A DNA stretch of 64,000 bases from Thalia democratica (lineage: Eukaryota). How positions within the stretch are numbered: position 1 is the first letter of the stretch; every line of letters starts with the position of its first letter. The position numbers were made by a program, and so were the translations under genes. The DNA lies in the NCBI GenBank assembly GCA_965202585.1, contig CBDBBG010000042.1, positions 1 to 64,000 on the forward strand, read 5' to 3'. Shown here one piece after another: positions 9,673 through 21,300 of this stretch. The notes under the pieces are model-generated. The model ran no database searches. It saw only the letters and a program-made list of their open reading frames with translations, and was not told where the DNA came from.

Positions 9673-12464
9673 AACATCCGCTCTATGGCAGTATAAAAAG
9701 GTATTTTTTTAAACTAATTTTTATACCTACTGATAATTTTTCTAGATGTTGTACAAATTGTGAATATAAGTTACTAAAGAGATATTAATTAAGCTGGTAA
9801 CTGATATTTAAGCTTTACAAATATACCAACAGTTATAAAACATTTAAAGAAAAATTGTTATTGCTAATTTGATAAGCACTATTATATAAATGTATAATTA
9901 GTCGATAAGCTTACAGTTTGATTGATTGAAATTGTTTTTTTACAAAAACTTCTACAACATCTGTTTTTTTTTTTCAGGTAAACATACTCTAAGACTTTCT
10001 GCTTCCAAATTTAGTTACCAAGTACTTCTCAAAAAAAAAATTGATACCGGAATATTACAAGTACTCGTTGTTGTTAAAAGAAAATAATAGCTTCTTTTTT
10101 TATAGTACAATATTTTGTTTTGGTTAATACGTACTAAATAATCATGGTAATAATTAAGCAAAGTTTTCAACAGTTATATTTCATAAAGTTTTAAGTTTTA
10201 ATATCTCATTTGTCTATATTTTACTGTTTTTATTGTTTATAGTTGTTTTATACGATAAGAAGGTTTGAGATAAGAGTTTTCTTTAATTACAAAACTTGTT
10301 TTAGTTTATTAGTGAAGGCGTTTGAGTTTGCAAGTATTTATAAGTTAAGAAAAGTTATTTTAACATGTTTCTAAAGTTAAAAGTTTAAAAATATCACTAT
10401 TGTCTTGAATTATTCAAGTTTTCCATTAAGTATTTGTTATAGTTACAATAAAGTTAAAATCAAGTTTTTACTTTTCGAACTATTTCAACATTTTTATATG
10501 CGTTTTATTTGTAAATATGTTTTTCTTAAAGCTATTTATTTTTCTATGACAGCTTTTGTTTTCTTACATAATTATTATTCGGATGCAAAATATTTTGTTG
10601 TCAATTTTATTATTTTTAAAAGTTTTGAGCTCATGTCGATGCAAAAAAAGTCATTATAGTATTATAAATGACTATTTAAAATGTATATAATTTTTTTAGT
10701 TAATCTGTACAAAGTTAATTATTTTTTTATGAAAAGACAATTGTATAATTTAATTCGAAGCCTTATAGTTTACTAATTTTACTCGTTTTTCGAATGTAAA
10801 TATTATTTTGATTGTGGAAGCTTTGTGGCAATGATTTTAAAAACTTGGTTTCATATTTTGTAAATAAAACGAACTTTCTATAAAAATGTTAGTTTTGTAA
10901 TTGAGTTTTAACTTTATTTAAGCTTTACCTTATTAAAAAACTTACTAAAATGTGATAATATATTTTTTAAATTAATTTGTATGTTTATGTTTATTAAGAA
11001 AAATTTCAACCATTATTAAAAAAAAATTTTGCTATTATACACAAACCGCTATACCTAAAGTAAAAAATATTTTGTTATACCCTTGACTTCAAATAACAAA
11101 AGTCATTTTGGTCATAATATACAGTTTATATATTGATAAATTACCACTTTAACAATAAAGACTTTAAAAAAAATAGCAACAGCTATGTAATAATTTCTAG
11201 TTATTAATTTTTAGTAAACTCATACTTAGTTCTATTTGTATACAAAGCTAAAAAGTAAAGTATTAAACTAGTAACAAACTTTGTTTAAAAAATTGTTTTG
11301 TAGTTTCAGTCATATCTAATTCTACAAAACTATTTAAAAAATAAAATCAAACATAAATTATAAATCACTACAAACTTTTTTTACATAACATTATACGCAT
11401 TATGTACAATTGTTTGTACTCAATTAGCAAGTAAATTGCGTTGTAATAGCTAAACAAACAAAACGAACGTGAAAATCCAAGGTCATTAAACTAAATATGA
11501 CAATACGTAATTTTATTTTTTGATTACTATTAATAGAATAAGGTGCAAATGAACAAAAAAAAAGCTGCCAATATACGTTTTTCTAAAAATATAAACTTGA
11601 TCCGATAGTGGAAACTGAAAATTTGAGATCGGTCAAACTTAAGTTACAAACATTTGTTGCTTAAAGTTTAAAACTATTTAACTTTTTAGAATCTTGTTCA
11701 AAGTAAAAAAAATTAAATTATTTAAATGAAGTTATGTTAACAAGATACCATTCTTTTTACTATTTAAAAGTCTTTAATGTGAGCGAAATTGCAAACCCAA
11801 GTTGCAAAATTGCAAACCTTAAATAAATGGTTTTCCAAAGCGGGTAATACTATAACGTAAATTTATAGCTTGTTTTTAGAACTAAAGGTTTATTTACCTA
11901 CCATTGATACAAAAGCTATTTGATTAGACATACATAGCACATAAAAAATTCAGCGAAATTAACTAACATCGCAAATCGATGTCTTTTATTCAACTTCTTC
12001 TTGAACTGTTGTAGTTATAGAGTAAAATTAATCAAAAATTACTAAATGTATGTTTCTAGTTTTACAGTTTTTAAGGCAAGTACGTTTGTGTTTAAATATA
12101 GAAAAATTAATACAATTTTTTACTATAAGAATGCACAAAAAAAAGATTATTATTTTGCAAATGACAATTCTTATAGAAACTAACTAAAAACTCTTGTTGT
12201 AAATAGCAAGAGACGATATGCATCTTAATTTTAGTTTCTAAATTCCCATGACTGCACAATTTTTGTTTAAACGAGTAATTTAGTAAAATAAAACGTTTGC
12301 CTTAAAAATTGGTATGTGGCGAGTTTGTTCTGTATAATCAATAACTTTGGTCTCGAAATCTATCTTAAGTGTTTTTAAAACTCGTCAAAAACATTCATGC
12401 GACTCTGATGCCTTGGCAGTAATATTTTTTATCTTTTGTTTGACATTGATAACAGTGCAAAGTA

Positions 12465-13236
12465 CAGTAACCTCTCGGATCTTTACGCACTCGGACGTTA
12501 CGCACTCTCGTTTAGTTACGCATTTTAGAATTCTATAAAATTCAGAAAATAAAAATTTTAATTTTTTTTAATATTGCACAAACTAGGTTTAATGTATATT
12601 TTTAAATTAAAATATGTTTTTGAATGTTAACACACCTCTCTATATCTTTAGACTTTGTAAATTAATGTTCCTTGACTAATTGATAAACATTTAGTTCTAC
12701 CTCAGTATATCAGAAATTTTGTTAACAATAAAGATTAAATCAAAATTCTGAAATAAACATGACTGTGTTTAATAATGAAAGTATTATGAAATAATGAGAG
12801 TTTAAAACACAAAGAAATAATACAGCAGTCTTGCCCTATATATTAATAAACACCATTTTATAATTGTAAAGAAATGCTTAATTATAAATTGAATTTGCTA
12901 AGTAGAATAGAATATAAATGTCACATATAAATAAAGATAATTTCTGCTTATTATTAAAATAGTAAAATTGTTTCTACTCGTATTATTATTTTATACAAAT
13001 TCAAATCATTTTTTTTTATTATATGTATAGTTTTATCTGCTGTTTTCATATTTATAAATAAAGTAAACAAATAGTTAAAAGTGGGAAAGTGCCCAGTCTG
13101 CTTTCAGCTAGCAGCAATATTAAAAAACAGCCATTATAGTGAGTATATTTGGTACCTCTCGTTTCTTTACGATCTTTCATATCTTTACGCACTTTTTCTG
13201 TAGACACAATGTGCGTAAATAAGCGAGAGGTTACTG
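12465..13236. mobile_element. Non-autonomous Tc1/mariner (pogo/Tigger-like) element
   Basis: TA|CAGTAACCTCTCG...CGAGAGGTTACTG|TA, about 26-bp imperfect TIRs, TA on both sides, no transposase ORF. Confidence 0.8.
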
Positions 13237-15305
13237 TAGTTAAAAAATAAACTTATTAAAGCTCAGCTTTAGTTGCGAAAATAAAAGCGGTATTCGAATA
13301 ATGGACCAAAAATTTAAAATATGTACTGTAAAAGACAAAATTCTACAAAAAAAAACGAGTTAATCTACGTCATTTTAGCCAATAATTTACTTTGAAAATC
13401 TTTAATTTTACTAGCTAAATTTTGCCAAAAAAAGGCAATAGTTATTTAAACTTTAATTTAATTATTTATTTAGTTTTTGATTTAAAAGTTTCCCAAAAAT
13501 ATTTCCATAATCGCCCACTTGACATTATTTAAAACGATGTTCGCTCTATTTATTAGATATCGCTCCTTTAATTTTTGCACTGTATGGGAAACCTTGATTA
13601 ATGTTAATAGAACTGTAGTAGGACCCTTCTGTACTATGTTTTTTTTTTTGTCTTTGTAAACTTTAATTTTTTAATTAAAAAAATAAAGCATCTTAGTGAC
13701 TTGAAGCTGTTTGAATGAGTTGTAAGATTTTGTATAATTTCTACTAGTGTAGCTTTAATTTAAAAAAAAAGTTAAATATCCAATTTATTTTTTCGTTATA
13801 GCCAATAAGTTAACTGATTTAAAAGATCAACAACATACTTAATGAAAAGAGACTTAAACTAATTCATCAATAAAAAGTATCAATATTTCTAGATCAATCA
13901 ACTTATTAACATGTTTAAATAGTTTAGAATGTTTTAAATAGTCCGTTAATTTGAAACAAAAAAGTTTTTTTCAAACTATTACTCTACTATGTACTAAATT
14001 GTTTTTTTTCATATATAAACCATTGATATGTTAAGCTAATAAGCTTATGAAGTTTTGTAGTGTTTCAACTTTTAAATCACTTTTATACGAAAAATTATCC
14101 TTATTTAAAGTGTAACGTTCTAATCTACTTCAAGAAAACAAAGTTTAAGTATTGATAGTCAAACAGTTTTTACTACACAATAAAACTATTAATATGTATT
14201 AAAAATTTCTTAGACTATCAATATTTAAATTATATATTTTTAAAGTAAGTTATACGTTGTATACGTTGGAACAACCTAAAGTTTTGATTTTTGATAATTT
14301 TTTTTGAATAAAACTTTGTAAAATGTGTTTTTTCTCATTTTAAGTGTATAATAAAATTTGTTAAAACTAACTAATTGCTTATTAAAATTTAGATATACGT
14401 TATTTAGTACAACTCAAAATTATTGACAATCTTTTCAATTATAAAATTGCACAAAAATACATAAGAATAATTTATACCTTATAAAAGTTACACTGAATTT
14501 ATTCAATCAAACAATTTACTAGACAAACTAATTTGTATAAAGTAACAGACTATAAATGTTTCTAGAAACTTAAAAAAAAAGTTTCAAACATTTACAGAAT
14601 AAAGCTATTAACAGAAAAGGTTTTTGAGATTTATTGAAGTCAAATGTTTTCTTTTTAGCATAAAATAAATTTAAAAATAAAATGATAAAAGTAAAAAGAA
14701 AAACGACACTTGATAAACGTAATATAGAACTTTGAAAAATGTTTTCTATTGAATTTAATGTAACTAGACATATTTTAACGTAAAAATGGCAAGAACTAAA
14801 TAAAAAAGTATTAAGGCTTTATCAAGCAGCTTGAAAAATGTTTTTAATTTAAAGTATTTAAGTGCAACATTGTATTATACTTTACGTGCAAAAAAAAAAT
14901 ATTTAGTCTTAAAAATTTTTTCTTATTTTTGTTTTTCAAAAATATTTAGTAGTCATATTGCGAAAACATTTTACAGAACATTAGAAACTATATACAGTAA
15001 TGTTGACAAGTAAAAAGTTACATAGAAAGTAAAGTTAATTGCACTAGTCAGCCTAAAACTTCGAAACTTTAAACTGCTGATTATAAAATGAAATAAAAAA
15101 ACAACATATATATTTTCAAATCCTATTTATGAAAAGCTTCAGTAACAAATCCTAAGTTTCAATTTAATGATAAAAATATTTAAATCCATTGAAAAATAAA
15201 CGACTTTTAACAGCTTTTTCAGACACTTAATGCTTTTTACATGATTGCAATAGTCACATTTATTTGGACGAATAATTTTATTACAAAAAGAACTTATACT
15301 TTTCT

Positions 15306-15380
15306 CTAGTTTTCTTTTTTCAGATTTAAAATTGCTGCCTGTAGTCTCTTTACGTGGCCGATTCGATAAACTCCAATATC
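15306..15380 (-). CDS. DGKH: DGK last exon, SAM C-terminus [24 protein letters not shown]-stop
   Basis: tag acceptor, TAG stop 15306-15308, SAM motif. Confidence 0.9.
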   Translation of the reverse strand, partial: DIGVYRIGHVKRLQAAILNLKKEN

Positions 15381-18300
15381 CTATAATATCATTAAACAGT
15401 TTTAAATATAATACAATTGAATTTTATTTTGTATCATGAAATATTACAAACTTCCTAAATTAATATTTTCATTAACAATATATATCAACCTACTTAATAT
15501 TGGAATTTTTAGTTTCTCATAGATTATGAAAATAAAACAAACAAATAGAATTTTGCAGCATGAAATACTATAAACTTTTTAAATTAATATATATTAAACT
15601 TGAGATATTATTTTTTCAATGAATCTTTGGTTTCTTCTAGATTTTCTATTGTAAAAAAGTTAGCGACATATAACATATGGATACTTAATATTCCATACAT
15701 GCTTTATTTAGAAACACAAACAGTTTTATAAACAAACAAACTTTTACATCTTTTTCTTGAAATTTAATTAATTTTTAACACAAAAAAATAAGTAGACAAA
15801 CAAACTTTTATATCTTCTTCTTGCAATTTGAGTAATTCTTCACCCCTTATATCGTTCCGCATGAACGGTTCCTTGTACATTTGAAGTTGAACTTTTTCAA
15901 GCCAATCACAAACCTCTCTTGTTCCCCATTGTGCCACTGAACAAAGTAATAATTAAAAAATATTTAGTATTTGTTTTTTTTTTATATTTACAATTAATAC
16001 TTATCGAACAATTCAAGTTGAATTTTTTCAAGCTAGTCAAATAATAAGCGTGCCCCGTTGAGCGACTGTAAAGTTAAAACAAAAAAATGTAAATTGAAAA
16101 TCTAACACAATACGATTCTTATTTTTTATATTTATTCTAATGATACATTATTATAATGGTACAATTAGTGTTGTTTTAAGTATTCTAAGAAAGAAACGAT
16201 ACTTTATATTAAATTTTGCAACCAAATGTAAATTTGCTCTCGGAACAATTTTTATTTGTAGTTTTTACTGAACGTATTTATTACATTTTTACAAATAAAC
16301 CGCCTCAGTAACTTTAAATTACAATGAGATATAAAGTAATGGGATAAATTGTTGATATAATCAGTGTTATTTCATTTATTTGTTCTCAAAATAAAACAGC
16401 GCTTAAACTGCAATTTTGTTTATAACAATCTTTACGAACTCTCCGATATATTTTTATTCATAGTTTCACTTAGCTTAACTACTGCATGCTTATAGTTAAA
16501 CTGTCTCAGTAATTTTACGTTAAACTGAGAGAGAGATTAATACAATGAGTACACAATACTTCTACTTGTGGTATGATATCTTTACTTGAGATATCTATTG
16601 CACGTCTATAGTTAGACTGCCTGAGTAAATTAATATTTACGACAAGAAAACTGTTGCAACCAGATACCATGCTCATGTTTGATATTTATGATTTTATTTA
16701 ACTAATGTTTATTGCAATTTTTTTTTTGTGCAAACTTCCCAATACTTCAAGAAAACCCTATTTAGTTTTTTTTAAATACATTCTTCTACTATTTTTTAGT
16801 AGAAGAATGTATCAAAAATATGAGTTTGATTGATGAGTTTAATTTTTTTTAATATATTCTTCTACTATTTTTTACATATTTTTAATGTTTACATATTATC
16901 ATCATTATTTACTAGGCTTGAAAGCTAAAACTTAATGAGGTCACTTGAAGTTGTTTTCAGTTTTTATTTAATATATTCAAATTTTTATATTTTCAGTATT
17001 TTATATAATTTACTTTGGTTTTTCATAAGTCACTTGTAAACTAGAAGAAATTTTAGAGATTATCTGTTAAAATATTAGAATTTACTGAAAAAATAGTTAT
17101 CTTCTAACTTCCAATAAAAGGAATAAAGGAAAATGTTTATTTAAAAAGTAATTTTCAACTGATAACTAAATAATTAGTTAAACAAAAAATAAATAACTCA
17201 ACCCGTGTTGAAGGAATAAATTAAATTTCTTTTTTCTTAAAGTTTAGTCGATATTTTAATAGTTATAGTTTTAGTGTGGATAAAGACAGCTACTTTAAAA
17301 AGTGAACTTAATCTAATGACAATAATTTTAATTGTATACAACTTACCATTTGTGAACTCAATGTGTTGATTATTTTTCTTTTTTCTGCCGAGCAATTGTG
17401 ACGGCATTTTGAATAAGGTCGAGAAAAACCCACTTGATTTGCTACTGCTAGATTGGACCATTGTGCTTGATTTATCATTCTGTCGAAATAAGTTTTATGT
17501 AGTAAGTTCAAATTTTCTTTTAAGAACTCATTCTTCATATTGAGCAGATGTTTTAAAAAATAGTTTGATATGAAAGTAAAACTAAAAGCAAAAAAAAACT
17601 GCTTTATTTTTAGTTTAAATATTTATTATAAGCACAATATCATTTGTAATTGAGTTTCTTATTACTTAAAAGTGTCTTACATAAAACAATACATCAATAA
17701 ATTTAGAATAAACATTTTATCAAGTAGGAAAAATCTTATAAATATTTATTACTTAATTTTACGTCAAACCAACTTTATTTTGAGTTGCTTGCGAGAGACA
17801 CCTGACGTTTGAAATTTTTTCAATTTCCAGCTTCAGCCAAGTTGATATCTTGCTCGCTATTTGGTCGTCTATTGGCTGAAATGAAAAAATCGTGAAAATA
17901 AGCTTGTGGAAACCAAAACAGTTACAAAAAGTTTTATAAACACTGAAAACAGTTGATTTAACTACCTTTTGTGAATTATACTTTATGCTCCTGAAAATAC
18001 AGAGTTTAACAGCAGAAGTTTTTAAGCACTACAAGACATAAACATCAAAATAAATAAAAACAGCTATCAACTCATCAATTAGAGTTGGATTTCTAACTTC
18101 CACCCAACTTTATTTAAAACACTTTAATACTTTCTACTGGCAATAAAAACAATTTTAACTTTTTTTATAATCTTTTAAGAATTGTGTAAAAAACCGTTTT
18201 TAAATATTCACAAGAAAAACAAATCATAAGTTATGTCAAGTAGAATACAAAATCAGATATCAGATAACAAAACTGTTTCAAACCTGGTCGTCGTCGTGCA

Positions 18301-21300
18301 GCAACCCGCCCAGCTTTGCAATCAAACTGGTAACCATGGCAACCAGCTCGACCAGTGGGTGGCAGTCGGTGTTGTGGGGGACTATTTTGTGCACGTTCGT
18401 CACAATCTCGTTTGTGACGTCACCGACGTGATGACGTAACTCCTCGTTACGCTCCATCGCTTCGTGGATGCTAGAGGAAAAAAAAAAACATTCATTTTAA
18501 CTTTTTAACACAAAAAATAATGTTAAAACTTACAATGAAGTGTATAAAGGTTTAAAGGAGTTGATGCCGCCCCCTTACTTTGGGAACTTTTAGGTTAAAA
18601 ACCGTCAACGACATATAATAATTTTCAATCAACAATAAAATAATATAAGTCATTGAGCTGATACTAATTGTTTATTAAACTTCAACAAATAACTATCTAC
18701 TTCGTTATAACATCAATAACATTTCAACTCATAAAACAGAATTTTTCAAAGGAGTTGATGCCGCCCCTTACTTTGGCAACTTTTGGGAACTCAAAATTTT
18801 ACGTAAATAAAACTAATACGAACCCGGTAGCAACCACAGACACGGTTTCAACAAATTCTCCAACCACGACAGTTTCAGCATCGGTAATTCCCCTACTAGC
18901 CGAGGATTGCCCGGCAGCTTGCGATTGGTTGCCTAGCAACAGGTGTCGGTTGTCAAGCTGGTTGCTGGGTCGGTTCTCCATCCACGACTTGAACACGTAG
19001 ACTCACCTCTGAAAAAACTTTTTGTGAGTTTTGTGAAAAAACTTTTTGTGAAAAAAAATTTTTGTGAGTTTTGTTAAAAAATTTTTTTGTGAGTAAAACT
19101 AAAAGACAAATAGTAACTTTGTTAGCCTTTATTAAAATAAAGTTAAGTTCAAAGCATTTAATTTTTTGTTTCAATAAGTTAAAGCATAATTGCAATTTTC
19201 AAACCTAAATCGGATTTTCAGTAAATCTATAGGGTTTTTTTTACAAAAATTAGCTAAAATCAAACTGATATTAAACTGACCCTATCTCTAGCGAGCATCT
19301 TAACAGTATTCTTGTGCTGTATGGTAATTGTACCAGGGGGTTGAAGCCAGGCTTCTCCGTCGACTTGAACCGGAATCGCTTCCTTGCCTGTTGTTACGTC
19401 ATAATATGTTTACAAATTAAAGCTAGAACATACATGACTATTTACTTTTTGTTTGAGCTTTTAAGATAGAAGTTATCAGCTTTGTTTTAGGATTTCAAGT
19501 AAGTTGAACAACTTAATTGCTATATTATACGTAACAATGCTTTTATAAACACAGAAGTATATTTTATAAATTAAAACTAGAACATACGTATTTTTTTAAA
19601 TAATTAGAACTGATTATCGTTGTTTTAAGATTTTGATCTTTTAACGACTTTTTTGCTAACTTTGTATTTATAAATACTGTATACTAATTGAATGACATTA
19701 AAGATAACGTTTTAAAACATGTCAAAAATTTGCATAATTTCATTTTAAAATCAATAGTTATATCACCTTTTTGAGTCACAACAAAATGCAATGGGCAAGC
19801 ATTAGTTTATTTAAACTTTGAAATCTAATTACCTTAAAACAAAAAAAAAAAAAACTTTTTCTTAACTAATTATGTACTTCGAAAAAAATGTGAATAAGCA
19901 ACTTAAAAAAAATATATATTTTGTAAACATTCAGTATTTTTATTACTTTAGAAGTTACATAACAATATTTGGTCTAAAAGCCAAAATAAATGAGCTTTCT
20001 AATAGCTGTTAAACGTCAGATTATTTGTTTTAATTCACCAACTTTATTTTTTGAAAACAAAACTCTTGGTTAAAATGATTCATTTCGTAAGAACTACGTC
20101 AGAAAATTCTATTTTGTTCTGTTTGTAAATAAATACCAATATACAAACAAATTCATTGAGTTTTAAACTATTTATTACGCAACAGTAACGTCACAATACT
20201 CTTTTTTTACGTTTTTGGAAAACACCAGGAAAAACGCAATTTATAATTCAAACTAACAGGCTGACAATACCACTTTTAACAAGCAATAAAAATTCATTGC
20301 TTTAATTTGAAATTTTTTTATTAGTGTTGCTTAACATTTGCGTCAAAGCTAAATTATGACATGCTATAAAAAAGCACGAGTTTATTTGATAGTGAAACTG
20401 AAATATAAACGAGCTGGAATTATAAGTGATTTTAATTAAAAATCAATGAAAATTCACAGCATATTACTTAACTTTAATGATCAAACATATTTGAGTATAA
20501 AATGTCGTATTTAAGAACTTTTTACTACAAAAATAAAAATATTAATAAATTAACTGAATACACACACGTTCTAATATTTAATAAAACTCAATTTTAAAAA
20601 CAATAAAAGCTCATATTTATTAAAATTTAAAATAGGAAATTATAAAACACGTAACAGTTTATATTAACCTTATAAATATTGTTTAAAGTTTTTATTGTAA
20701 AATATGTTTTTCTGATCTTTAGAATTTAATTTTTTATAAAGTTTATCACGTAAGTCATATCACGTGTTTTCAAAATTATTTAAAAAACGTAGACTACTTT
20801 AGTATTTATATGTTGTATACTTTACTTTGGAAACGAGTTTATTAGTATAAACATTTATTGTTTGATAGTTTCCAACGTTTAAACGTAATAAGTAATTCAT
20901 AAAACTTAATAATATTTAAGTTCCCTCATTAAATAAACCTTTAGTTTTTCTCAAAGTTAGTTAATTTAACCTTATTTTTACTATATTTATTAATAATGTA
21001 AGTTAGTAAATTTGTAAAACAACGTTAATAAAGATACATATTACTTTCTTGAAAATTAAGTACTCACTTTACTGAAAAAAATGAATTTTCATCATAATTA
21101 ACAATTAACAATATATAGGATACCATTTTTAACCTTAATTTTTTCAGTCTAAACTTTAACAGTTAGTATTTACTTAAAAATATAAAATATTTCTACAAAC
21201 TAAACTAAAATTTAGCTAAACAAGTTCAAATAAAAGATAACAAAACTTTAGTTTTTTGCATCAGTTAAATAGATGAAATCTTAATCTGAATAACACAAAC

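Noticed and set aside
10405-15013. Intergenic ORFs 10405..10659, 12347..12538 and 14831..15013
   Set aside because: Low-complexity AT-rich frames (F/K/I/L/Y bias), non-coding composition.
18556-18790. Duplicated GC-rich intronic motif ggagttgatgccgcccc-ttactttgg (18556 and 18749)
   Set aside because: A real local duplication but not derived from an exon edge and too short to assign a function; counted only as background duplication.
18233-19000. Plus-strand ORFs 18233..18439 and 18668..19000
   Set aside because: Antisense to DGK exons; no independent splice or homology signal.
19003-19005. Selenocysteine at the in-frame TGA
   Set aside because: The aligned family position is not Cys and I could not identify a SECIS; no support.
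18953-19008. Alternative frame [12 protein letters not shown] resembling [12 protein letters not shown] of the previous exon (shared 10-mer gttcaagtcg)
   Set aside because: The other frame encodes the family KSW motif and this frame ends in a stop; treated as probable coincidence, although local conversion cannot be excluded.
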